This document shows, piece by piece, positions 31,565 through 41,065 of a stretch of DNA of 64,000 bases. The notes beneath the pieces were generated by a model. The model was not told the origin of the DNA. It saw only the letters and a program-made list of their open reading frames with translations, and searched no databases. A program made the translations under genes and the position numbers. The DNA lies in assembly GCA_965116025.1 (NCBI GenBank), contig OZ220480.1:224001-288000 (forward strand), in the 5' to 3' direction. This DNA comes from an uncultured candidatus Porisulfidus sp. GTDB lineage: Bacteria > Pseudomonadota > Gammaproteobacteria > Poriferisulfidales > Poriferisulfidaceae. The stretch's first letter is position 1. Each line of letters opens with the position of its first letter.

Positions 31565-33919
31565 ATGGAAAACCGAAAATGGATGCGCCGAGCATTATGG
31601 ATCACGCTGGCCTGCATCATCATCGTTTTGGCTTCGACGCTCGCCGCGCTTTTTCTCAGCCGCCCGCAAGTTTCTGGATTTGAGAATCTCATTGGTCTGG
31701 ACCACCCGGTCGCCGTTTCCCGAGACATCATCGGGCATACCAAGATACAGGCTAGATCGCGGGAAGACATCGCTCGGGCCGCGGGCTTCATCCATGCGCA
31801 GGAGCGCTTTCTTTCCATGGATTTACGTCGTCGGTTCGCGGCGGGCGAGATAGCCGCTTTGCTGGGAACCTTTGGATTAGGACAGGATCGAGAAAATCGA
31901 CCGCACCGTTTTCGAGAAAAGGCGCGGAAAATCGTCACCGGCTTATCCGAAAAGGAGCACGCCATCCTGCGGGCCTACGCGGAAGGAGTCAACCAGGGTC
32001 TGGAAGCGCTTCCCGTTTGGCCTTTTCCCTATGTCTTGTTTCTGACCCGACCCGATCCATGGAAACCGGAAGACAGCATTCTGTCGCTCTTCGCCATGCA
32101 TTTGGTTCTCCAAGGCGGGCGCTGGAAATACGATTCCGTGGTGGGAGTCCTCCACGAGGTTTTCGGGGCGGATGTCACGGACTTCCTAGTGCCGGTAGGC
32201 ACCCACCACGACGCTCCTTTGGATGACACTCCGATTCCACTATATCTCCCACGAGTGCCCGAAGCGCATGAGATTGACCTGAGATCAACCCCCTTGAATC
32301 CAGAAAATATCAAGAATGTACGAATGTCGTGGGAAACCCCCGGAAGCAACGCTTTCGCTGTTAGTGGCGACCTGAGCTCTCACGACAGCGCTTTATTGGC
32401 CAACGATATGCATCTGGTATTGCTGGTGCCGAACATTTGGTATCGGATGCATTGGCAATGGAAAGAAGATGGAACGAGTCACATGGTCAGTGGCCTTACC
32501 CTCCCGGGGCTGCCTTGGCTGATCGCTGGAAGCAACGGACGAATCGCTTGGGGCTTCACCAATAGCAACGTCGATAGTCAAGACTTGATCGAGCTTAGTC
32601 CCGGAGATGCCTCGTTAACCACGATCAAGGAAACGTTGGAAGTCCGCTTTGGTATGGACGAGAAATTCGCTTATGAAGTTTCTCCTTGGGGGCCCGTCGT
32701 CAGCGAAACATCCGAAAACCGGAAGCATGCGCTGCGCTGGGCCTCGTATTGGTTGACGGGAGACCACATCAATTTCAGCCAGATTGAAACGTCCGAAGAC
32801 GCGCGTTCCGCTATTCCTTTGTTTCAGAAATCCGCGATTCCAGGGCAAAACGTGGTGATGGCGGACCATAAAGGAAATATCGCTTGGACTATCGCCGGCA
32901 TCTTGCCCAAGCGCGATGGTTATAGTGGCCGAATCCCGATCGGGAGCACCGTGCCGAGCCTTCCTCCTCAGTGGCTGTCGCTCGGCGAATACCCTGTGGA
33001 GATCAATCCTCCCGGCCAACGCCTCTGGTCAGCGAACAGTCGTCATGTCGGTGGCGAGCGATTCGCCGTTCTGGGAGATGGCCGCTACACATCCGGGATG
33101 CGAGCTCGGCAGATTCGAAACCGTCTGAGAGAGCAAGAAACGTTTCGCGAATCCGACTTGCTGGCTATACAACGTGACAACCGGGCGGAATATTTGGATG
33201 AGTGGTATCCCAGGATCGAGCGCGCGATGAACCAGCCCAGCGTCACCCCTTTGGTGAAGCGCCACCGCATTCGCGAATGGCTGGAAAAATGGAACGGGCG
33301 AAGCGATGCTGACAGCGTCGGCTACCGAATCATGCGCAACTTTCGAAAGCGCTCCCACGAACTCTTCCTACTGGCGCTTCAGACCCGGCTAAGCATGGCT
33401 CCGGATCGTCATGTCCGGCACATCCGATGGCAGCTGGATGGCCCCCTGACCCGCATCTTGGATAGCGAAGCGCAGAATTTCCTGCCCAAAGGCATGCGGA
33501 CTTGGGATGAGTTTTTGGCTTTGGCGCTCGAATTAACGATCAAGGGCATGACGAAAGACGGGCGTGAGGATATGGCCGACGCGACTTGGGGGGCGCACAA
33601 CTATGCTCGAATACGCCACCCTCTGTCCCATATTCTGCCGTTTTTGAGTGGCTTTCTGGACGCGCCACCATCCCCTTTATCTGGCGATCTCAACCTTCCT
33701 CGCGTTGAGCATCGAGCGTTCGGCGCATCGCATCGCACGGTCGTCTCCCCCGGCCGGGAGGAGAGGGCCATCATGAACATGCCAACTGGACAGTCGGGGC
33801 ATCCTCTGTCCCCGTTCTACAATGCGGGCCATATGGATTGGCTGGAAGGGAAGCCCAGCCCATTCCTGCCAGGACCGGCGGTAACCACGCTGACGTTGGC
33901 GCCATCATTAGAACACTGA
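31565..33919 (+). CDS. Penicillin acylase/AHL acylase-family Ntn hydrolase
   Basis: N-terminal [17 protein letters not shown], autocleavage [26 protein letters not shown]. Confidence 0.9.
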   Translation: MENRKWMRRALWITLACIIIVLASTLAALFLSRPQVSGFENLIGLDHPVAVSRDIIGHTKIQARSREDIARAAGFIHAQERFLSMDLRRRFAAGEIAALLGTFGLGQDRENRPHRFREKARKIVTGLSEKEHAILRAYAEGVNQGLEALPVWPFPYVLFLTRPDPWKPEDSILSLFAMHLVLQGGRWKYDSVVGVLHEVFGADVTDFLVPVGTHHDAPLDDTPIPLYLPRVPEAHEIDLRSTPLNPENIKNVRMSWETPGSNAFAVSGDLSSHDSALLANDMHLVLLVPNIWYRMHWQWKEDGTSHMVSGLTLPGLPWLIAGSNGRIAWGFTNSNVDSQDLIELSPGDASLTTIKETLEVRFGMDEKFAYEVSPWGPVVSETSENRKHALRWASYWLTGDHINFSQIETSEDARSAIPLFQKSAIPGQNVVMADHKGNIAWTIAGILPKRDGYSGRIPIGSTVPSLPPQWLSLGEYPVEINPPGQRLWSANSRHVGGERFAVLGDGRYTSGMRARQIRNRLREQETFRESDLLAIQRDNRAEYLDEWYPRIERAMNQPSVTPLVKRHRIREWLEKWNGRSDADSVGYRIMRNFRKRSHELFLLALQTRLSMAPDRHVRHIRWQLDGPLTRILDSEAQNFLPKGMRTWDEFLALALELTIKGMTKDGREDMADATWGAHNYARIRHPLSHILPFLSGFLDAPPSPLSGDLNLPRVEHRAFGASHRTVVSPGREERAIMNMPTGQSGHPLSPFYNAGHMDWLEGKPSPFLPGPAVTTLTLAPSLEH

Positions 33920-34723
33920 CGACCCCAGCTCGTTGATGGCCTGAAGCATCTCCGGGTCATCTGTCAGCGCTTGGGACACCGCGCTCGCGCAAGCGATCGC
34001 CGGATCCACTCCCGAATGGATCAGTTTCCCCGCGTGAACCAACAATCGAGTGCTGGCCCCTTCATCTAGGCCGTTTCCTTTCAGGTTGCGGGTCATTTCA
34101 GCGAATTTGACGAGATGCCGCGCCGTTTCGGGATCCACCGATGTCTCCCGGATGACGATCTTTGACTCGATTTCCGCTCGGGGATAGTCGAATTCAAGAG
34201 CCACGAAACGCTGTCTAGTGCTTTGTTTGAGATCTTTGAGGACGCTTTGATAGCCGGGATTATAGGAGATCGCCATGCAGAATTCCTCGGGGGCCTCCAA
34301 TAACTCCCCATGCTTTTCCATAGGCAAGACGCGTCGGTCATCGCACAGGGGGTGGATCACGACCGTGGTGTCCTTGCGCGCCTCCACCACTTCGTCAAGA
34401 TAGCAAATGCTTCCCGAGCGCACGGCTCGAGACAAAGGACCGTCCACCCATACCGTCTCGCCTCCGGCGATTAGGTAGCGTCCCACCAAGTCGGAAGATG
34501 TCAGGTCGTCATGGCATGACACCGTGATCAATGGCCGCTTGAGTCGCCATGCCATGTATTCCATGAAACGGGTTTTCCCGCAACCGGTCGGACCTTTGAG
34601 GAGGATTGGTAACTGATTCTTCCAAGCTGCCTCAAAAATTTCCACTTCCGATTTGATCGGCTCGTAGTAGGGCTCTCTTTCAACCGTATATTCTTCCGGT
34701 TTCAATGTGCGCGCTTGAGTCAT
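33908..34723 (-). CDS. cbbQ: CbbQ/NirQ/NorQ-family AAA+ ATPase
   Basis: [55 protein letters not shown]. Confidence 0.88.
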   Translation of the reverse strand: MTQARTLKPEEYTVEREPYYEPIKSEVEIFEAAWKNQLPILLKGPTGCGKTRFMEYMAWRLKRPLITVSCHDDLTSSDLVGRYLIAGGETVWVDGPLSRAVRSGSICYLDEVVEARKDTTVVIHPLCDDRRVLPMEKHGELLEAPEEFCMAISYNPGYQSVLKDLKQSTRQRFVALEFDYPRAEIESKIVIRETSVDPETARHLVKFAEMTRNLKGNGLDEGASTRLLVHAGKLIHSGVDPAIACASAVSQALTDDPEMLQAINELGSSVF

Positions 34724-35201
34724 ACTGAATCCATGCTGAGTACGCGCCCATTGTGGGAGCGACGATGCGAACTGTCAACCTGAATTAACAGCGGATGGAG
34801 GCGCGGACGGCCGCGAAGCCATCAGGAATTTCCACGAAAACGGGCTAGGGGTCTGATACAGCATTCGGCCTCACGCCCAGCAACCTCAGTGCCTCGCTCC
34901 ATAGCGCGTTGGTCGGGTCATCGATTCGAAAACGGATTGCCTGATATGCGTGGTTCGTACCGATTTCGGGGGACGGTATCAGAGTTCTGAACAAGTTGGG
35001 AAGCTGTGCCAGCGAGGTGCGCCGCGCCCTCGACATTCATTTTTTCCTTTGTGCCTTTTGTGGTGGATTGGCGGGCATCGCGCGCGAACCATCTCATATC
35101 GCTCCCTTGCGGGAAGTCAGCAGGCACAGGTTGGTGAGCAGAGCGAGAATTCATAGATACCACGATATATTGGGTAGGACAGGCCATCGAACTACTACAT
35201 A

Positions 35202-35229
35202 TTGCATTTTCTTTTTTCTGTGCCATAAT
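35202..35229 (+). promoter_or_regulatory. Candidate sigma-70 promoter for porin copy 5
   Basis: TTGCAT-N16-CATAAT with an extended TG motif; T-rich spacer. Confidence 0.5.
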
Positions 35230-35318
35230 TCCGCCCACGGAAACGGGATGAATAGCTGGATTCTCCAAATCAGGTTAATCCCAATCTCGTAGGCCAATTA
35301 ACTTTCAGGAGTCAAAAA

Positions 35319-37226
35319 ATGAAAAAACCATTTCTAATCCCATTGACGCTGCTGGCGGCGTCGCTGTCGGCGCTGTCGCTGTCGGCGCGGGCGGAGACGA
35401 TCAACCTGTACGGGTGGCAGAACCACTCGTGGGAGTTCGTGGACATCGACGGCGGGCGCAGCTTCGACCGCATCCAGTCGAACGCCGGGAACATCGGCTT
35501 CTCGGCCAGCGTGGACACCGGCATGAGCGACATAAAGGTGAACCTGCAGTGCGAGCAGTTCACCTACTACAACCACTTCGCCGGCGGCACCGGCTGGTGC
35601 AACCGCAACTCCAAGATCGGGCTGGCGCACCCGATGGCCGGCGAGATCATGTTCGCCACCTGGCTGCTGCCGTACAACGAGGGCGTGGCCCAGTGGGTGG
35701 ACCCGTTCTACGACGCCGGGGCCGACTCGCACACCAGCATCATGGGCTCGGTCGGGGCCAACACCATCTTCTACAACACCGGCGACTTCGACCAGCAGGC
35801 GTCGGCGTCGGGGCCGGCGACCGGCTTCTCCGGGGCGGAGTTCAACTACGCCGGGGCCGGCTACGACACCGGCTTCAACCGGCGCCAGGAGAACATCATC
35901 CAGTACTGGTCGCCGAACTGGAACGGCTTCGTGTTCCGCTTCGCCTGGACGGCCGGCAACCGCGACGAGACGATGGCGCCGACCGGCGGCGGGAAGATCG
36001 ACCCGGTGATCCGCTCGAGCAGCCTGGCGTACACGAACGGCCCGCTGTGGCTGGCGGCGACCTGGCAGGACCACGAGGACTGGACGGCGGTCTCGGTCGG
36101 GGAGATGGAGAGCTCGGACGCGGAGAGCTTCCGTCTGGCCGGGCGCTACATCATGGACCTGGGCGATGGTATGAGCGTGCAGCTGTCGGCCATGTGGGAG
36201 ACTTTGGAGTACGAGTTCCACGGCGTGACCACGGTCGAGAAGGCGATGGCGGCGTTCGGCTACGGGAACTTCGCGTCCTCCTACGCCGAGCCGATCTACG
36301 CCATGGATGCGGCCACCAAGAAGGTGGACGAGACGGTCATGGACCCCACCCAGGCCGAGATCGACGCGCAGATGACCCGCGGGGCGGCGCTCGAGTTCCT
36401 CACGGATGAGAAAGGGATCCTGCGGCCTGTCGCTCATAACGTAGCAACTGCAAGGATTTTCGGCGGTTCGATCTTACAAAACACTGTAACTATGGCTTTA
36501 TACAATACGCTGATCACGAACGCGCAAGGGGAGCTGACCGGCTGGACGGCTATAACCGACCGTACAATGGTTAGCACCACCACAGTTCATGGCGAGTATG
36601 AGGCATTCCTCACCACTGATACTGCCAAAACCGCTGTTCGAACGGGAAATTTTAAAGAGGTGTTGCGCAAGCAGTCGTTCTACACCACCCGGTTGACCTC
36701 CACGGAGCTCACGGCTCTGAAGCTACCCGATAAAGTTGTCTCAGGAGCGGATACCGGTGCGGTGGTTGGCGACAAATGGCTCTACGACAACATCGTGAAG
36801 CACGCGACGGCTGAGGCCAAGAAAATGAAGAAGACGGACAAGGAGGCGGAGATGAAGGCCGTGGAGGACGCGCGGATGAAGAAGAGCATGGGCTCCAATG
36901 TCAAGATCGAGCGGGACGCCTGGATGGTGTCGGGCAAGATCAAGTTCGGCGGCCCGCTGGACTTCCGCTTCTCCTACATGGACGCCGACGACCTGGAGCT
37001 GTCATGCAACTACTGCATGGGAGACTGGGACGAGACGGCGGCGGACGCCTGGAACGTGGGGGTGTTCTACACGATGCCGGCGGGAACCGAGCTGCGGCTG
37101 ACGTATTCGGAAGTCAACAACGACGACAACGGGACCTACGGGCAGGGCATCTCGGGAACTGGGCTGGGGACGGCTGGCGCGGAGATCGAGATGTTCGCGC
37201 TGGGGATCGTGCACTGGTTCGACTGA
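35319..37226 (+). CDS. Porin copy 5, complete; expression site B
   Basis: TTTCAGGAGTCAAAAAATGAAAAAACCA leader identical to copy 2; full signal peptide; ends HWFD. Confidence 0.88.
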   Translation: MKKPFLIPLTLLAASLSALSLSARAETINLYGWQNHSWEFVDIDGGRSFDRIQSNAGNIGFSASVDTGMSDIKVNLQCEQFTYYNHFAGGTGWCNRNSKIGLAHPMAGEIMFATWLLPYNEGVAQWVDPFYDAGADSHTSIMGSVGANTIFYNTGDFDQQASASGPATGFSGAEFNYAGAGYDTGFNRRQENIIQYWSPNWNGFVFRFAWTAGNRDETMAPTGGGKIDPVIRSSSLAYTNGPLWLAATWQDHEDWTAVSVGEMESSDAESFRLAGRYIMDLGDGMSVQLSAMWETLEYEFHGVTTVEKAMAAFGYGNFASSYAEPIYAMDAATKKVDETVMDPTQAEIDAQMTRGAALEFLTDEKGILRPVAHNVATARIFGGSILQNTVTMALYNTLITNAQGELTGWTAITDRTMVSTTTVHGEYEAFLTTDTAKTAVRTGNFKEVLRKQSFYTTRLTSTELTALKLPDKVVSGADTGAVVGDKWLYDNIVKHATAEAKKMKKTDKEAEMKAVEDARMKKSMGSNVKIERDAWMVSGKIKFGGPLDFRFSYMDADDLELSCNYCMGDWDETAADAWNVGVFYTMPAGTELRLTYSEVNNDDNGTYGQGISGTGLGTAGAEIEMFALGIVHWFD

Positions 37227-37248
37227 CCCTTCGTCATTCACGACAACG

Positions 37249-37278
37249 AGCGGGCGCCTTCGGGCGCCCGCTTTCTTT
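37249..37278 (+). terminator. Intrinsic terminator of porin copy 5
   Basis: AGCGGGCGCC-TTCG-GGCGCCCGCT followed by TTCTTT. Confidence 0.9.
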
Positions 37279-37776
37279 GGGCCCGGCGCTTCGCGGCCAG
37301 ACCGGGAGTCGGGCCAGCGCCGGCGGCGCGAGGCCTGGTTCCGACGCGCCCGCCACGCGCTCGGAAGGCGATCCGCTCGCGGCAGACCGGATTGGGATGA
37401 CCCGATCCACCACAAGGTGGTGCGGTGGACCGAGAATTCTTGATATCGCTTGGATCTAAGAGACGCGGTGAGAAATCGGAGGGCGTGGATCGGCGCGCGT
37501 CTCGAGGAGGAAAGGGAGTGAGAGGTCCGTCGTCCTTGATCAAGCAGACTTCCCGCGCGGCGACGAACAGGGGTCAGCCTATCGATCCTTGGAACTATCG
37601 AGTTTCCGATCTTTGACGAAAGCCTGAAACCGGAATTTCCCGCACAGCTTCCGTGGCATCACTCCAAGCGCCCGCGCGACCGCCCGAAGCGGGTCTGTCT
37701 CGATCTTGCAATGGTCATCAACACGGACTCACCTCGTAGCCTTCGCGGCAGACCGGCCAGGAATTCCTGAGCCCAT

Positions 37777-37805
37777 AAGAAAGCGGGCGCCCGAAGGCGC
37801 CCGCT
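37777..37805 (-). terminator. Intrinsic terminator of porin copy 6
   Basis: Same hairpin plus T tract, on the minus strand. Confidence 0.9.
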
Positions 37806-37829
37806 CATTGCCGTGAGTGACCCAACGGG

Positions 37830-39728
37830 TCAGTCGAACCAGTGCACGATCCCCAGCGCGAACATCTCGATCTCCGCGCCAGCCGTCCCCAGGCCGGTCC
37901 CCGAGATGCCCTGCCCGTAGGTCCCGTTGTCGTCGTTGTTGACTTCCGAGTACGTCAGCCGCAACTCGGTTCCCGCCGGCATCGTGTAGAACACCCCGAC
38001 GTTCCAGGCGTCCGCCGCCGTCTCGTCCCAGTCTCCCATGCAGTAGTTGCATGACAGCTCCAGGTCGTCGGCGTCCATGTAGGAGAAGCGGAAGTCCAGC
38101 GGGCCGCCGAACTTGATCTTGCCCGACACCATCCAGGCGTCCCGCTCGATCTTCACGTTCGAGCCCATGCTCTTGGCCATCCGGGCGTCCTCCACCTTCT
38201 TCATCTCCGCCTCCTTGTCCATCTGCTTTTTCGTTTTGGCATTTTTCTTCGCCGCGTTCATGATCGCCGTGTACAGCGCAGGGTCGCCAAACACTTTCTG
38301 AGTCGCCCCGGATGAGGCGATCGCGCTCGTCGCGAGACCCAGCTTCAGGACCGTGAGCTCGGTGGAGGTCAGCCGGGTGGTCCAGAACGGCTGCGACTGG
38401 CGATGCTTCACGGGATCCACGGTGTAGATGAGAGCCGAAGTTTGATGCGCGTTCTTACTGACGACGGTACTAAGATACTGCCGGTACTCCCCTATGACCG
38501 TAGTCGTTGGTAGGGCAACGCTGGGATCTATTTCTCCGAACGTCCACTCGGCGGGCTTGTTGGGAGCGGCCGTAGTTACTATTGTCTGGCCTAGAGCGGT
38601 AGCTATGTAATTGTTTGCATTATTGTCCCTTATCTCGTGTCCCCGGTCATCCGTGAGCAGCTGGATGGCGAGCCCGCGGGTCATCTGCGCGTCGATCTCG
38701 GCCTGGGTGGGGTCCATGACCGTCTCGTCCACCTTCTTGGTGGCCGCATCCATGGCGTAGATCGGCTCGGCGTAGGAGGACGCGAAGTTCCCGTAGCCGA
38801 ACGCCGCCATCGCCTTCTCGACCGTGGTCACGCCGTGGAACTCGTACTCCAAAGTCTCCCACATGGCCGACAGCTGCACGCTCATACCATCGCCCAGGTC
38901 CATGATGTAGCGCCCGGCCAGACGGAAGCTCTCCGCGTCCGAGCTCTCCATCTCCCCGACCGAGACCGCCGTCCAGTCCTCGTGGTCCTGCCAGGTCGCC
39001 GCCAGCCACAGCGGGCCGTTCGTGTACGCCAGGCTGCTCGAGCGGATCACCGGGTCGATCTTCCCGCCGCCGGTCGGCGCCATCGTCTCGTCGCGGTTGC
39101 CGGCCGTCCAGGCGAAGCGGAACACGAAGCCGTTCCAGTTCGGCGACCAGTACTGGATGATGTTCTCCTGGCGCCGGTTGAAGCCGGTGTCGTAGCCGGC
39201 CCCGGCGTAGTTGAACTCCGCCCCGGAGAAGCCGGTCGCCGGCCCCGACGCCGACGCCTGCTGGTCGAAGTCGCCGGTGTTGTAGAAGATGGTGTTGGCC
39301 CCGACCGAGCCCATGATGCTGGTGTGCGAGTCGGCCCCGGCGTCGTAGAACGGGTCCACCCACTGGGCCACGCCCTCGTTGTACGGCAGCAGCCAGGTGG
39401 CGAACATGATCTCGCCGGCCATCGGGTGCGCCAGCCCGATCTTGGAGTTGCGGTTGCACCAGCCGGTGCCGCCGGCGAAGTGGTTGTAGTAGGTGAACTG
39501 CTCGCACTGCAGGTTCACCTTTATGTCGCTCATGCCGGTGTCCACGCTGGCCGAGAAGCCGATGTTCCCGGCGTTCGACTGGATGCGGTCGAAGCTGCGC
39601 CCGCCGTCGATGTCCACGAACTCCCACGAGTGGTTCTGCCACCCGTACAGGTTGATCGTCTCCGCCCGCGCCGACAGCGACAGCGCCGACAGCGACGCCG
39701 CCAGCAGCGTCAATGGGATTAGAAATGG
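37830..39728 (-). pseudogene. Porin copy 6: intact body without the MKK leader (probable silent cassette)
   Basis: Homology starts at GAT-ACCATTTCT. The frame stays open to ATG 39875, but that 49-aa extension is not shared with other copies and does not resemble a signal n-region. Confidence 0.72.
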
Positions 39729-39948
39729 TATCCCTTCGAAATCCCAATCCCGCCGAGAACCATGATGACCATGCGCCCCAAGACTCCGCCCAAGAGACCG
39801 TGGAAACCGAAATCCACCGATCCCCGGAGCATGGGAAACGGAACCCGAAAAAGCTCGCCTGCCTGCCCGTATCATATAATCGCCGCGTCACCATGACATC
39901 CCATCTTTCCCGCTTCGCGCAGGCTGGGATCGGACATCCTTACCCCGC

Positions 39949-40923
39949 ATGACCTTGGACCAAATCCGCTTGATGATCGCCGATGACCTCGACGCGGTCG
40001 ACTCCCTGTTGCGCGAGCGGTCTCGCTCGGAGGTAAGCTTGGCGGACCAAGTCGCTCGCTACATCATCGAGGGAGGCGGAAAACGCCTAAGAGCCGTCCT
40101 GGCGCTCCTTTGCGGGCGCGCGTTGGGAGGGTTGCGCCATCCAGACGAGTCCTTCAGGCTAGCCGCGGTGATCGAGCTCATCCATACCGCCACCCTGCTG
40201 CACGACGACGTGGTCGACGATTCGGAGATCCGCCGCGGCCGAGCGACCGCGAATAAGGTCTGGGGCAATGAGGCCAGCGTGCTCGGTGGCGATTTCTTCT
40301 ATTCCCGAGCTTTCGGCATGATCGCCGACATCAACCGCCCCGAGGTCACCCGGATCTTGGCCGACGCGTCCAGCGCGATCGTGGAAGGCGAATTGCTGGA
40401 GCTGATGCATGCCGGACAGACGGAAATGGACGAGGCGCGATACCTGACCATCATCGAGGGCAAGACGGCCAAGCTGTTTCAGGCGTCCTGCGAGGCTTCC
40501 GCGCGGATTGAGGGAGCGGATGGCGAGCGCGTCCGGGAATTGGCCGACTTTGGCCGGTTGCTCGGCGCGGCCTTCCAGATCGCGGACGATGGAATCGACT
40601 ATCTGGAAGACAACCCGGAAGCGAACAAAAGCGTCGGCGACGACCTCGCCGGTGGCCGTCTGACCCTACCGTACATCTATGCCTTGCGCGAAGCTCCAGA
40701 GGAAGACCGGCAGTTCCTTCGCCATGCGATCCGATCTGGACAGCGCGAGCGCATTGGAGACGTATGCGCGATCATGCGCCGCTCTGGAGCGATCGGACAT
40801 GCTTGGGAACGAGCGCGGGAGTTCGCGCGACGCGCGCGGGAGCGCCTGCACGGTCTGGAGCCCTCGGAATGGCGTGACGCGCTGGACGGCGTGGTCGAGT
40901 TCTCGGTCTCCCGAAGGTATTGA
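39949..40923 (+). CDS. ispB: Octaprenyl-diphosphate synthase
   Basis: GGGKRLR, IHTATLLHDDVVD..RRG, GKTAKLF, AFQIADD motifs. Confidence 0.93.
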   Translation: MTLDQIRLMIADDLDAVDSLLRERSRSEVSLADQVARYIIEGGGKRLRAVLALLCGRALGGLRHPDESFRLAAVIELIHTATLLHDDVVDDSEIRRGRATANKVWGNEASVLGGDFFYSRAFGMIADINRPEVTRILADASSAIVEGELLELMHAGQTEMDEARYLTIIEGKTAKLFQASCEASARIEGADGERVRELADFGRLLGAAFQIADDGIDYLEDNPEANKSVGDDLAGGRLTLPYIYALREAPEEDRQFLRHAIRSGQRERIGDVCAIMRRSGAIGHAWERAREFARRARERLHGLEPSEWRDALDGVVEFSVSRRY

Positions 40924-41065
40924 AGTCGTGTCGATCCGATCCGGACCCACCACGCTCCTCCGCTTTCGATACGGATACCCACTTCACCCTACCCGGAATC
41001 CCCACGGAATTTCATACCATCGTCACATTTGGGCAGAATACTGACTTCTCGCTCTCGCACGCGGC

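Larger units (their letters stand above)
37227..37829. repeat. Inter-porin spacer, copy C (inverted relative to A and B)
   Basis: Near-identical core to the reverse complement of 22821-23418. Confidence 0.9.

Noticed and set aside
34845-35292. Short ORFs between cbbQ and porin copy 5
   Set aside because: They have no recognisable motifs and overlap on both strands; the region is better read as promoter and intergenic DNA.
13381-39728. Diversity-generating retroelement as the source of porin variation
   Set aside because: There is no reverse transcriptase in the window, and the differences include indels and all base types rather than adenine-specific changes.
13381-39728. The six copies as a pure assembly artefact
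   Set aside because: Each copy has a unique variable region, flanks and spacer variants. Mis-joining across the ~1-kb constant parts cannot be excluded, but the multiplicity looks real.
39729-39875. Extended ATG start making porin copy 6 a 681-aa protein
   Set aside because: The extension is not shared with any other copy, does not resemble a signal n-region, and lies in the ispB upstream region. It is not fully excluded.
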